Notes under the pieces: model-generated
The model's input: the letters and a program-made list of their open reading frames with translations, nothing else
Databases searched by the model: none
What the model was told of the DNA's origin: nothing
Assembly: GCA_002083825.1 (NCBI GenBank)
Contig: DAZV01000036.1
Location: forward strand, 103,934 to 167,933
DNA from: Candidatus Sericytochromatia bacterium S15B-MN24 CBMW_12
Lineage (GTDB): Bacteria; Cyanobacteriota; Sericytochromatia; S15B-MN24; UBA4093
Reading direction: 5' to 3'
Length of the DNA stretch: 64,000 nt
Position numbers and translations under genes: made by a program
In this document: positions 20,637 to 30,132 of the stretch, in pieces
Numbering within the stretch: the stretch's first letter is position 1
Layout: each line of letters begins with the position of its first letter

Positions 20637-21687
20637 GCAGCTCGCTATAGAGCCCCAGCGTCTCGTCTCCCATGCGTTCCGTGGAAAAGTCCAAACTCCG
20701 TTCGCGCGCCGCGTGGCCCATGGCTGCGCGGCGCGCCGGATCCCCATGGAGGCCGTCCCAGGCCTGCGCCCAGTCCCGAGCCTGACGAATCGGGAGGGAG
20801 ATGGCCCATCGGGGGTCGACGAGATCCTCGAACTCCGCGATGGTCGTGACGGTTAGAGGCAGTCCGCTCGCCATGGCCTCCAGGGCAGCCAAGCTCAGCC
20901 CTTCGCGTTCGCTGGCCGTGGCGAAGACGTCGAGCCCCCCCAGTATCTGCGCGACGTCAGTTCGACGCCCCAGCCAGTGGACTCTAGAGGAGACGCCGAG
21001 GTGCTTGGCGAGGTTTTCCAGGGCTCCGCGGCGATCGCCGTCCCCCGCGATGACGAGGTGGACGGGGTTTTGGCAGCGGGCGATCGCCCGGATCAAGACA
21101 TCCACCCGCTTCATGCGCGATAGCCGGCCGATCGTGCCGACCAGCAGGACCTCACCAGACAAGCCCAGCTCCGCCCGCAAGTCGGAAGGGGGGGCTGCCA
21201 GAAAGGGCGCGAGGTCGATGCCGTTGAGGATGGTGCGATGGCGTTCCGGGTCCAGGCCGCCCGCGAGCAGTCTGGTGCGTTCGGCGCTCGAGACCGAGAT
21301 CGTGGCGGAGCACGAGGGGTTGAGGAAGAGACCGGCCTTGGCGTAGTCGAGGGCCGTATGGTAGCAGTGGGCCGTGAAGACCAGGGGGAAAGGGCGACGC
21401 CACCCGAGGGTCAGCGCCAGCTCCATGGCGGCATGAACGTGAGCGAGGTCATGGGCCTGCATGGTACGGGCCAGGATGCGCCGGACTTCGGGGAAGGTGC
21501 CCAGGCGAATGGGCGGCAAGTCGACGACGGGAATGCCCTCGTCGCGCAGGACCTGCCGCATCGGCCCCGGAGGAAGGGCCACGGTCGTTTCCCAGCCGCG
21601 AGACCTGGCATGCGTGGCCAGCAGGTGGACATGACGCTCGGTGCCGTTCATGTCGGCATAGGGAAGGACCTGCAAGATGCTAGGCAT
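20578..21687 (-). CDS. glycosyltransferase family 4 (GT-B fold)
   Basis: N-terminal MPSILQVLPYADMNGTERHV, and C-terminal ASEREGLSLAALEAMASGLP (E-x7-E type motif). Confidence 0.8.
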   Translation of the reverse strand: MPSILQVLPYADMNGTERHVHLLATHARSRGWETTVALPPGPMRQVLRDEGIPVVDLPPIRLGTFPEVRRILARTMQAHDLAHVHAAMELALTLGWRRPFPLVFTAHCYHTALDYAKAGLFLNPSCSATISVSSAERTRLLAGGLDPERHRTILNGIDLAPFLAAPPSDLRAELGLSGEVLLVGTIGRLSRMKRVDVLIRAIARCQNPVHLVIAGDGDRRGALENLAKHLGVSSRVHWLGRRTDVAQILGGLDVFATASEREGLSLAALEAMASGLPLTVTTIAEFEDLVDPRWAISLPIRQARDWAQAWDGLHGDPARRAAMGHAARERSLDFSTERMGDETLGLYSELLRTTERWRSVSSLPGSPAG

Positions 21688-22483
21688 GGCGTTTTATCAA
21701 CGGTAACAGGCCGATGAGTAGAACAGCTCCCAGTAGACCGGAGGATGGCCCGCGTCCTCCGGTCAACCAAAGCGCCTGGGGGGCGTACTCCCAGAGTCTC
21801 AGCTGGTCGGACAGCGAAATGAACATGATCCAGCCGGCGTGGATGCCGATGGGCAGCCAGAGCGAGCCCGATTTCCAGGCGGCGTATGCGAGCACGATGC
21901 CGGCGACGACGAGTCCGAGGAAGGGGATGAGGTCGGTCCATCCGAGCGCGGGGCGGAGAAAGTGCAGCGCGGCGAAGAGCACGCTGGAAAGCAGGATGGC
22001 GCGCATCGGGGGCTGGTCGAGAAGCAGGGTGCGAAGAAAGAGGCCTCGGAAGAGCAGTTCCTCGCTGACGGCGAAGGCCATCGCCGTCGCGATGCTGCCG
22101 GCCAGGATGCCGAGCGGCCAACTTGCCGGAGTGCGGAAATGAGCGAGTCCGACGAGGACTTCGGCCGCCATCAGCAGGATCACTCCGCCCAAACCCAGTC
22201 CCCAGCCGAGGATCAGCTTGCGAGTATTGAAGTGAAAGCCGAAGTTGAGGGCGTTCTGGCCACCCATGGGGCGCTTCATGAGGACGACCAGGGCCATGAG
22301 GCCTAGGTACAGTCCGATGGTGTAGGTGAGGACGACGTTTTGAGGGATCCGCTCGGGGGTGGCGAGCAGGGCGAGGTCGAGTCGGAACGCGACCATCAGG
22401 AGAAGCACCCAGGTGACGACCCAGGCCAGGGTGGCGCCGAAGAAGAGTCCCAGGCGCTGCGGGCTCGACAGAGGCTTAGTCAT
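21680..22483 (-). CDS. CPBP-family intramembrane glutamic endopeptidase (CAAX protease-like)
   Basis: Motifs EELLFRGLF and FAALHF in a polytopic protein. ATG 22483 (MTKPLSS) was chosen; it overlaps the upstream stop. Confidence 0.75.
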   Translation of the reverse strand: MTKPLSSPQRLGLFFGATLAWVVTWVLLLMVAFRLDLALLATPERIPQNVVLTYTIGLYLGLMALVVLMKRPMGGQNALNFGFHFNTRKLILGWGLGLGGVILLMAAEVLVGLAHFRTPASWPLGILAGSIATAMAFAVSEELLFRGLFLRTLLLDQPPMRAILLSSVLFAALHFLRPALGWTDLIPFLGLVVAGIVLAYAAWKSGSLWLPIGIHAGWIMFISLSDQLRLWEYAPQALWLTGGRGPSSGLLGAVLLIGLLPLIKRHA

Positions 22484-23351
22484 GACGGGGTAACGGGTCA
22501 ATCGAGAGCTGGGACACCGGCTGGAAGGACCAGCAACGGCCGAGCAGGTCGCGCGTGAAGGCGGCATCGGCTCGCCTTTTCAGAAGTTCGCCCGTCAGTT
22601 CGACGGTCGAGTGCATGCGCGCGTAGAAGAGGCCAATTTGGCCGTAATGCTTGGAGAAATAGTGCTGGCGGCCCAGTTGTATCGCCTCGACGGCACGCTG
22701 GGGCAGGTCCCGGCGGGTGGCTCCGCCGATGTGCATGACGACGGCGCGAGGGGTTGCCAGGACCTTCCAGCCGGCACGGCGGGCTCTCAGGCCCCAGTCA
22801 CAGTCCTCGCCGGTGTAGAAGAACCGCGAGTCCAGGAGCCCGATTTCGCGAAGGGTAACGGCTCGGACCATCACTGCGGCGCCGGAGGCCCAGCGTAGGG
22901 TCGTTTCCCGAGTAACGGGCGAGAAGGCCCAGGGGAAGCGGGCGGGGACGACGGAGGGTTGGGGGGTGCCGTCGGGATTGACGAGGGCGGCGGCGGCCAT
23001 GCCGTTGCGAGGGTGCTCCATGAGGAGATCCCTGAGCGCCTGGAGGGCGCCGGGTCGGATCTCGGTATCGGTGTTGAGGAGGAAGTAGCACTCGGCCTGG
23101 GCGGCCCGCATGATCTGGTTGTTTGCTTCGGCGAAACCGAGGTTCTCGGTGTTGGCGATGACGTGGACCCGGGGAAAGCGTTGGGCGAGCATCGCGATCG
23201 AGTCGTCCGAGGAGGCGTTATCGGCGACCCAGACGTCGAAGGGGACGGAGACCACCTGGGCGTAGAGGGCGTCGAGACAGCGGGCGAGGAGGTCACGGGT
23301 ATTGTAGTTGACGATGGCAACGGCGATGGAAGGAATCACGACAATCTCCAC
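22476..23351 (-). CDS. glycosyltransferase family 2
   Basis: Contains [16 protein letters not shown] ... ADNASSDDS ... GFAEANN, the GT-A/GT2 pattern. GTG start. Confidence 0.8.
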   Translation of the reverse strand: MEIVVIPSIAVAIVNYNTRDLLARCLDALYAQVVSVPFDVWVADNASSDDSIAMLAQRFPRVHVIANTENLGFAEANNQIMRAAQAECYFLLNTDTEIRPGALQALRDLLMEHPRNGMAAAALVNPDGTPQPSVVPARFPWAFSPVTRETTLRWASGAAVMVRAVTLREIGLLDSRFFYTGEDCDWGLRARRAGWKVLATPRAVVMHIGGATRRDLPQRAVEAIQLGRQHYFSKHYGQIGLFYARMHSTVELTGELLKRRADAAFTRDLLGRCWSFQPVSQLSIDPLPRHD

Positions 23352-25063
23352 TGTTCGTAGAGGGAGCGATATGCTCCCTCATCCCGGAGCAGGTCTTCGG
23401 GCTTGCCGGTTTCGATGGCTTTTCCGGCCTCGACGACGACGACGCGGTCGGCGCGGGTGGCGCTTTTGAGGCGGTGAGTGATGAGGATGGTGGTTCGACC
23501 GACCATGAGGCGCTCGAGGGCTTCCTGGACGAGAGTCTCGGATTCGGCGTCCAGGGCGCTGGTGGCCTCGTCGAGAAGCAGGATGCGGGGGTTCTTGAGG
23601 ATGGCTCGGGCGATGGCGATGCGCTGGCGCTGGCCTCCCGAGAGCGTGGATCCGCGCTCGCCGACGTGGGTCTGGTATTGGTCGGCCAGCTGAGAGATGA
23701 AGCCATGCGCGTTGGCATGGATGGCAGCCTCGACGACCTGGTCGTCGGTGGCGTCCAGGCGGCCGTAGCGGATGTTGTCGAGCAAGGTTCCCGCGAAGAG
23801 CGGGGTTTCCTGGGGGACGTAGGCGATTTGCTCGCGGAGCCATGCGACGGGCAGGTCTCGAAGATCGTGGCCGTCGAGAAGGATCCTGCCGGAGGTCGGG
23901 TCGTAGAAGCGCAGCAGGAGCTTGCCCAGCGTGCTTTTTCCCGAGCCGGAGGCTCCGACGACGGCGAGCGCTTCGCCCGGGCGAACATGCACGTCGAGGC
24001 CCATGAGACCGGTTTGACCGTTGGGGTAGGCGAAGTGAACGCCTTCGAACCGGACTTCTCCCGCGCAGGAATCGAGGGGGCGAGCTGTGGGCCGGTCGAT
24101 GATGGCAGGCGCCTCGTCGAGCATGGTGAAGACGCGCTCGGCTGCGCCGATCGCGCGCTGAATTCGACCCACGCCGCTGGAGAGGGACTGCACGGGTTCA
24201 ACGCAGATGCCGACGGCCGCGGCGAAGGCCAGCAAGTCGGGCATGGCCAGGCGCCCCTGGATCATCTCCCAGCCGCCGACCCAGAGCACCCCGGCGATCG
24301 CCACCACTTGCAGCAGGGCGACCGTGGGCATTTGCATGGCCCAGACCTGCTCTCCGCGGAAGGTGGCGAGAAAGTGCGAGTCGTTGACCGTCTCGAAGCG
24401 ATTCCTCTCGAAGGCTTCGCGGTTGAAGCTCTTGATGGAAGCGGTGGCGGAGAGGTTCTCGTTGAGGTAGGCGAGGATGTCCGCGGACTTTCCTTGGGCC
24501 AAGAGGGACCATCCCCTCAGTCTTCCGGCGAAGAGGCTGATTGCCCAGCCGATGATCGGCATTCCGATGACGGTCAAGAGGGCGAGTCGCCAGTTCAGGG
24601 CGAAGAGGTAGACCAAGGCGGCGAGCAGAATGAGCGAGCTGGGGATGAGTTCGGCCGCTCCCTGGGCGAGGGCATCTCGGACGGCATTGACGTCGGTGAC
24701 CATGCGCGACGCGGTGTCACCCGACTTGTGGCGGTCGTGGAAATCGAGGGATTGGCGCTGCAGGTGAGCGAAGAGGTCGGCTCGCAGGTCGGCCACGGCC
24801 CGGATCGAGACGAAGCCCATCATGAGGGTCGAGAGCCAGGTGAGGAGACTCTTCAGGGCGTAGGCGGCGATCAAGGCGAGGATCATGCGGTTCAAGCCAA
24901 CGAGCGTCAGGTTGTTGAAGACTTCGCCGGCATAGCGGGCCACCGGAATCATGACCAGAGCCGCGCTCGCGTTGGCGAGGAGCAGAACGGTCAGCCCGAC
25001 GATGTGGAGGGAGTAGGGGCGCAGGAAGGGAAGGAGGCGCCGCCAGGTACGAAACGGGCTCAT
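23336..25063 (-). CDS. ABC exporter, fused permease/ATPase (MsbA-like)
   Basis: Six-TM exporter domain, then Walker A GASGSGKST, signature LSGGQRQR and Walker B ILLLDEATSALD. ATG 25063 forms ATGA with the upstream stop. Confidence 0.88.
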   Translation of the reverse strand: MSPFRTWRRLLPFLRPYSLHIVGLTVLLLANASAALVMIPVARYAGEVFNNLTLVGLNRMILALIAAYALKSLLTWLSTLMMGFVSIRAVADLRADLFAHLQRQSLDFHDRHKSGDTASRMVTDVNAVRDALAQGAAELIPSSLILLAALVYLFALNWRLALLTVIGMPIIGWAISLFAGRLRGWSLLAQGKSADILAYLNENLSATASIKSFNREAFERNRFETVNDSHFLATFRGEQVWAMQMPTVALLQVVAIAGVLWVGGWEMIQGRLAMPDLLAFAAAVGICVEPVQSLSSGVGRIQRAIGAAERVFTMLDEAPAIIDRPTARPLDSCAGEVRFEGVHFAYPNGQTGLMGLDVHVRPGEALAVVGASGSGKSTLGKLLLRFYDPTSGRILLDGHDLRDLPVAWLREQIAYVPQETPLFAGTLLDNIRYGRLDATDDQVVEAAIHANAHGFISQLADQYQTHVGERGSTLSGGQRQRIAIARAILKNPRILLLDEATSALDAESETLVQEALERLMVGRTTILITHRLKSATRADRVVVVEAGKAIETGKPEDLLRDEGAYRSLYEQWRLS

Positions 25064-25914
25064 CCGGGGTTTTTCCGGGAAAGCGCGCCGGGAATCCAGC
25101 GCTCCCACCAGGCGAGTTTCGGTTCTTCGGTAGGCTGTCCTTCGAACGGGAGGTAAATGGGTCCGTGCTTGCGGTCGCGTGCGGCGATGCCGGCGTTGCG
25201 GCGGACGGACCGTCGGGCTTCTTCCTGCGTCACGCTGGACTGGAAGCCCTGGGGTCTGATCATGTCGGGGAAGGGACCGTCCTCGGGCCGGTAGTCGAGT
25301 GCCAAGAAGTAGTCATCGGCGTCGAGGAGACTCAGGTTGCGCCCGAAGCCCGCGTGAAGGCCCGCGCGGTAGCAGCGGGTGGTGTAGGTGTCGTGCCAGA
25401 AACCGTAGAGGCCGTAGCGCTCGCTGAACGCCCCGACCTTCGCGATGACCTCGGCCGTCAGGACCATGAAAACACCGCCCGGCGGCTCGAACTCTCCGAT
25501 GGTGAAGGCTCCTTTGGGTATGCGCTTCAGGAGGCGGTGCCGGCGGGTATCGTTGAAGTTGAAGTGCTGAATCCCGGTTCCGGCGATCGCCTCGGCGTAC
25601 AAGGTGGCCCAGCCGCTGCGCAAGGGATAGCAATCGTCATCGAAGAGAAAGAAGATGTCGCAGCCGGCGAGGGCCTGGAGGCCCAGATTCTTGGCCTTGG
25701 GAGCGCCCAGGCGCTCCGAGCTGCTGATGACGGTCAGGGAGGGATACTGCGCGGCGGCTTCCTCGAGAACGCGGGCCGTGTCGTCTTCGCTCGCATCGTT
25801 CACGACCACCAATCGGTAGGGTTCGAGCGTGTGAGCGTGAATTTGCTTCAGCGTGTGGGCCAGGACAGCCGCTCGATTACGCGTCGTGACGGCGATTCCG
25901 AAACGGGGGTTCAT
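25060..25914 (-). CDS. glycosyltransferase family 2-like
   Basis: Contains GIAVTTRNRAAVL ... VVVNDASEDDT ... FLFDDDCYP (DxD), the GT-A pattern. Confidence 0.7.
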   Translation of the reverse strand: MNPRFGIAVTTRNRAAVLAHTLKQIHAHTLEPYRLVVVNDASEDDTARVLEEAAAQYPSLTVISSSERLGAPKAKNLGLQALAGCDIFFLFDDDCYPLRSGWATLYAEAIAGTGIQHFNFNDTRRHRLLKRIPKGAFTIGEFEPPGGVFMVLTAEVIAKVGAFSERYGLYGFWHDTYTTRCYRAGLHAGFGRNLSLLDADDYFLALDYRPEDGPFPDMIRPQGFQSSVTQEEARRSVRRNAGIAARDRKHGPIYLPFEGQPTEEPKLAWWERWIPGALSRKNPG

Positions 25915-27200
25915 GCGGGGGAGCCTCCTTCGTGGGCTGGCGATTCCGGCATGGTGGCGAGCGGCGAGATGCCGAGGGCTGCCGCGATCTGGGTGACGAC
26001 GGCCTCAGCGGCGCCCGCGGGGCCCATGACCTGGCTGATGGCCAGCTTGATTTCTCGGCGGCGCGAGGGGCTCGCCAGAAGGTCGAGAGCGGTTTGGGCC
26101 ACATCCTCGGGCGAGAAGACTCCCTTCAGCTCGGGGGTGACCATGCGTCCGGCCCGGACGTTGGGAAGGGCGGTGAGGGCGGTGCGGCGGGCGACGGCCA
26201 GAACGAGTTTCCGCTTGAGCCATTTGCCGATCAGAGGAATGCCGCCGACCTGGCCGGGAAGACCGTCGAGCGGAATCTCCTCGGGTCTGTTGAGGGGAAG
26301 GAGGACGAGCATCGGAACGCCCAGGATGGCGAGTTCGGCGGTATTGGTGCCGGGAACGGTCATGGCGAGGTCGGCGATGGCCATGCCCGCCAGGTGGTGT
26401 TCGGGAGGCAGGATGCGGATCCGAGCCCCCTCGGGAGTGACGAGAACGGCCCGATCCTCGTTCATGACGAGGCGCGCGGTCGTGCCACCCGTGACCAGGG
26501 CAAGGCGTTCGCTGGCAGCGGCCTCGGCGATCTGCTCCAGGGGGGTCCAGGGAGATTGATGCATGACGAACTGCAGACCGGGATTCGCGCGATGAAGAAG
26601 CTCCGCGACCCGGAGCAGGAGCGGCGTGATGAACTTGACCTTGAAGGGTTTGCTTCCCGGCAGCAAGCCGATGATCATCTCGTCGGGGACGAGCCCGAGA
26701 GCCTGGCGGGTCTGATTCGGGTCGAGGTCGCGTCTCACGGCGTCGACCATGAGGTTGCCGACCATGGCGACCTTATCGGCAGGAATGCGGCGATTCTGGA
26801 GGCGGGCGGAAGCGTCAGGGTCGCTGGTCAGGAAGCGGGTGACGAAGGGCGCCCATCGGCCGGTCGTCTCGGTGTAGACGAGCAGAGGCTGGCGGAGTCG
26901 CTTGGCGAGAATGACGCCGTAGGCCTGGTCTCCTCCCATGAAGAGGACCGCGCCGGGGTCCGAATCGGGCAAAGGTCCCAGGAAGAGGCGTCGGATGGTC
27001 TCGTCGGGTCGCCAGACCTCGATGTCTCCGCCCCAGACCGCGATGGTCTCGGCTTCGTGTCCGCTGGCATAGGGGCATGGGACGAGGGCGATGCGGAGCT
27101 TGACGCCGGGAATGGCGGCCCGGATGACGCGAACCACGGGTCGCACCCAGGTGGCGAGCTCGCCGGGACCGTTTGAGATGATGGTGATGGTTGCCTTCAT
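25911..27200 (-). CDS. lipid-A-disaccharide synthase-related glycosyltransferase
   Basis: N-terminal ITIISNGPGELATW plus overall size resemble the LpxB-related family common in cyanobacteria-like genomes. Recognised by eye only. Confidence 0.55.
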   Translation of the reverse strand: MKATITIISNGPGELATWVRPVVRVIRAAIPGVKLRIALVPCPYASGHEAETIAVWGGDIEVWRPDETIRRLFLGPLPDSDPGAVLFMGGDQAYGVILAKRLRQPLLVYTETTGRWAPFVTRFLTSDPDASARLQNRRIPADKVAMVGNLMVDAVRRDLDPNQTRQALGLVPDEMIIGLLPGSKPFKVKFITPLLLRVAELLHRANPGLQFVMHQSPWTPLEQIAEAAASERLALVTGGTTARLVMNEDRAVLVTPEGARIRILPPEHHLAGMAIADLAMTVPGTNTAELAILGVPMLVLLPLNRPEEIPLDGLPGQVGGIPLIGKWLKRKLVLAVARRTALTALPNVRAGRMVTPELKGVFSPEDVAQTALDLLASPSRRREIKLAISQVMGPAGAAEAVVTQIAAALGISPLATMPESPAHEGGSPA

Positions 27201-27274
27201 GTCGTTCCCAAGCGGCCCCAGGGGCCAAGCGTCGCGTCAAGACCATTCTAGCCCTTGCCGGAAGGCACGTAAAG

Positions 27275-27310
27275 CCGCTGAGGCCCGCCCCATGGGGCGG
27301 GCCTCAGCGG
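27275..27310 (-). terminator. 36-bp perfect palindrome downstream of the mrp-marR operon
   Basis: CCGCTGAGGCCCGCCCC-AT-GGGGCGGGCCTCAGCGG begins 8 nt after the marR stop. It is followed on the minus strand by CTTTAC (weak U-tract). Confidence 0.5.
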
Positions 27311-27317
27311 AAAGGGG

Positions 27318-27872
27318 CTAGATGCGGTCGATTTCGCGGCCCACGAGGGCCAGATGCGACTGGTTGACGATGCATTCGGTGTAGCAGTCGCAGCCGCAGC
27401 GTTGGCAGAGGGTGGCAATCAGGCCCCGATCTCCCATAAAGGCGGCGCTGACGAAGCTCCTCAGGCCGCGGTGCATGGCCTTGGTATCGTCCGGACTCAT
27501 CTTGGCCAGGATGCTCTCGAGGCGATCGCGCCGTTCCTTGCGCACGCGTTCGAGCATGGCGAGGCCCGGCTCGGTGACGGTGAGCTCGGACTGGCGGCGA
27601 TCGCGGGCATTTTCCTGGCGGGTGACGAGCTCCTTGGCCACCAGGCGGTCAACCGCCTTGGTGGCTGCTGGGTAACTGATCCCCAGTCCGTCCGCGAGGT
27701 CCCCCACGTAGTTGGGGGTGTGCCTCGCCAGGAAGAGCAGGGCCTGAACCTGGGCGGGCGTGATGTCCAGGTCCTCGAGTTCCTTCAGGGGCTCGTTGCA
27801 GAGGACCTTTCCGAAGAGATCCACGAAAAGTTCGAAGAGGGTCTCCGTGTCGCGCAGGAGCAGGTCCTTCAT
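27318..27872 (-). CDS. MarR-family transcriptional regulator with Cys-rich C-terminal tail
   Basis: Winged-helix core (ITPAQVQALLFLARHTPNYVGDLADGLGISYPAATKAVDRLVAKELV) plus a C-terminal CQRCGCDCYTEC cluster. Confidence 0.8.
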   Translation of the reverse strand: MKDLLLRDTETLFELFVDLFGKVLCNEPLKELEDLDITPAQVQALLFLARHTPNYVGDLADGLGISYPAATKAVDRLVAKELVTRQENARDRRQSELTVTEPGLAMLERVRKERRDRLESILAKMSPDDTKAMHRGLRSFVSAAFMGDRGLIATLCQRCGCDCYTECIVNQSHLALVGREIDRI

Positions 27873-27875
27873 GAC

Positions 27876-28952
27876 CTACCTCAGGACCGGCAGCTCGATC
27901 CGCTTGATCGAATTGACCGAGATCTTGGCGGCGATGTTCTGGGCGATCCGGCGGAAGGCCTCGGCTTGAGTGGACTGGGGCTCGGCCGCGAAGACCGGTT
28001 CGCCCGTGTCGCCACCGGAACGGATCTTCGGGTCCAGGGGAATGTCGCCGAGGTAGGGGACATCGGTGTAGGTGCTGGTCTTCTCGCCGCCGCCGTGGTC
28101 GAAGATGGCGGTGGATTCGTTGCAATGCGGGCAGACGAAGGCGCTCATGTTCTCGATCAGGCCGAGGATGGGCACGTTGACCTGCTTGAACATGTTCAGG
28201 GTCTTGATGCCGATCTGGGCGGCCACGGGCTGCGGGGTGATGACGATGACCGCGCCGGAGAGCGGGAGCAACTGGGTGAGGCTCAGGGGAACGTCGCCGG
28301 TGCCGGGCGGCAGGTCGACCAGCAAGTAGTCGATCTCTCCCCATTCCACGTCGCGAACGAACTGCTGGAGCACTCCGGTGAGCATGGGACCGCGCCAGAT
28401 GACGGGATCGTCGCCGTTGGGCAGCATGAAGCCGATGGACATCATCTTGACGCCATGGCGCTCGACGGGGATGATCCGGCCGTCGCGGGTGCCGGGGCGG
28501 GTCTTGGCTCCCATCATCAGGGGGATGGAAGGGCCGTAGATGTCGGCATCGAGCAGGCCCACCTTGGCGCCCGACTCGGCGAGGGCGAGGGCGAGGTTGA
28601 CCGCGACGGTCGACTTGCCGACGCCGCCCTTGCCGGATCCGACGGCGATCACGTGCTTGATGCCGGCGGGCCGGTTGGCGTTGAGGGCCGCGGAGGTGGC
28701 GACGTTGGATCCGAAGGTGACGGTGACCTCGGTGACGCCGGGAATCGCCTTGACGGCGGCGCTGGCCTCGTTGCGAATCTGATCCTTGAGAGGGCAGGCG
28801 GGGGTCGTCAGAACGACCTTGAAGGAAACATGACCGCCCTCGACCTTCACGTCCTGGATCATTCCCAGGGTGACCAGGTCCCGGTGGATCTCGGGATCGT
28901 TGACGGTCGACAGCGCTTTGATGACATCATCGTTCGTGGGCATGGTGGACAT
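27876..28952 (-). CDS. Mrp/NBP35/ApbC-family Fe-S cluster carrier ATPase
   Basis: N-terminal DUF59-like VIKALSTVNDPEIHRDLVTLGMI, deviant Walker A GKGGVGKST, and CPHC. ATG 28952 after GAGGAG. Confidence 0.9.
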   Translation of the reverse strand: MSTMPTNDDVIKALSTVNDPEIHRDLVTLGMIQDVKVEGGHVSFKVVLTTPACPLKDQIRNEASAAVKAIPGVTEVTVTFGSNVATSAALNANRPAGIKHVIAVGSGKGGVGKSTVAVNLALALAESGAKVGLLDADIYGPSIPLMMGAKTRPGTRDGRIIPVERHGVKMMSIGFMLPNGDDPVIWRGPMLTGVLQQFVRDVEWGEIDYLLVDLPPGTGDVPLSLTQLLPLSGAVIVITPQPVAAQIGIKTLNMFKQVNVPILGLIENMSAFVCPHCNESTAIFDHGGGEKTSTYTDVPYLGDIPLDPKIRSGGDTGEPVFAAEPQSTQAEAFRRIAQNIAAKISVNSIKRIELPVLR

Positions 28953-29003
28953 TCGAATCTCCTCAACATGGAAAGGATCCCCGAGGATCCTATGACTCTC
29001 TAG

Positions 29004-29033
29004 AATCTTAACGCGGTTAACCAAAAACGACAA
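29004..29033 (-). promoter_or_regulatory. putative mrp-marR promoter (TTGTCG-18-TAAGAT) with a GGTTAACC palindrome in the spacer
   Basis: On the minus strand, TTGTCG lies at 29033-29028 and TAAGAT at 29009-29004. The palindrome GGTTAACC (29015-29022) sits between them, the classic repressor-operator position. Confidence 0.35.
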
Positions 29034-29080
29034 GACCGGATGCTGGGATCCCGCCTGAGCGCGACTCCCTGATCGGAGAA

Positions 29081-29122
29081 CGCGCGAGCGCACCTCCAGA
29101 AATCTGGAAGCGCGCTCGCGCG
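29081..29122 (-). terminator. long imperfect hairpin downstream of secF
   Basis: CGCGCGAGCGCACCTCCAGA-aa-TCTGGAAGCGCGCTCGCGCG has 20-nt arms with 2 mismatches and begins 31 nt after the secF stop. No U-tract. Confidence 0.4.
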
Positions 29123-29153
29123 AAACGGGTAAGAACCGTGAGGAGGGCCTGGT

Positions 29154-30119
29154 CTAGGCCGCCGCGGTGGAAGTGGACTTCTTTCGGCTCCACTCGCGCA
29201 TGACGACGACCAACGGCGCCGCGTTGAAGATGCTGGAGTAGGTTCCGGAAATGACTCCGAGCAGCATGACGAGGGTGGAGTAGAAGATCGTGGCTCCGCC
29301 CATCAACACCAGGGGCAAGAGCGTCAGGACCAAGGTGAGCGAGATATTGATCGAGCGCGCCAGGGTCTGATTGATGCTGCGGTTGGCGACGTCGTCGAAG
29401 GTATCGCCCTTCTTGGCGAGCTTGAGGTTCTCGCGAATCCGGTCGTAGATGACGATCTTGTCGTGAATCGAGAATCCCATGATGGTCAACAAGGCCACCA
29501 CCAGCATGCCGTCCGCCTCGGCGCCCACGGTGAGGCTGAGGATGGAGAAGGTGCCGAGCATGACGACACCGTCGTGGAGCATGGCGATGATCGACGAGAT
29601 GGCGAAGTCCAACTGGTACCGGAGGGTGATGTAGAGAAGCAGGCCAAGGGTGCCGAAGCCCATCGCCATGCCGGCATTCTTGAGGAGCTCGGCTCCGATG
29701 GTGGGACCTACCGATTCGAGGCGGAAGGACTTCTCGTCGATGGTGCCGAGCGTGCCGAGTGCGGCCTTGACTTCGGTGGACTTGTTCTTGTCGAGGTACT
29801 GGCTGCGGATCATGAGGGTCTTGTTATCGGTCGAGGTCTGGAGGTGGGGGTGAACTCCCTTGTCTTCCAGGATGCTGCGAACCTTTTCGATGGCAAGCGG
29901 TTCGGAGAAGGAGGCCTGCATGAGGGTGCCGCCGGTGAAGTCGAGGCCGAGTTTGACCGGGGCTCCGAACTGCTGGAAGCTCATGATGATGGCGATGGTG
30001 AAGGGTACCATGTAGGCGACCGAGAGCCAGAGCCAGAAGGCTTTCTTGCCCATGACGTCCATGTGAAACTGTTCCTCGGGATCTTTGATTGTTGTGTTGG
30101 AAATCGATTCGTTGGCCAT
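29154..30119 (-). CDS. secF: protein translocase subunit SecF
   Basis: 321 aa with the SecF pattern (GLDFTGGT..., six TM segments), immediately downstream of secD. Confidence 0.92.
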   Translation of the reverse strand: MANESISNTTIKDPEEQFHMDVMGKKAFWLWLSVAYMVPFTIAIIMSFQQFGAPVKLGLDFTGGTLMQASFSEPLAIEKVRSILEDKGVHPHLQTSTDNKTLMIRSQYLDKNKSTEVKAALGTLGTIDEKSFRLESVGPTIGAELLKNAGMAMGFGTLGLLLYITLRYQLDFAISSIIAMLHDGVVMLGTFSILSLTVGAEADGMLVVALLTIMGFSIHDKIVIYDRIRENLKLAKKGDTFDDVANRSINQTLARSINISLTLVLTLLPLVLMGGATIFYSTLVMLLGVISGTYSSIFNAAPLVVVMREWSRKKSTSTAAA

Positions 30120-30132
30120 GAAGATCTCCCCT

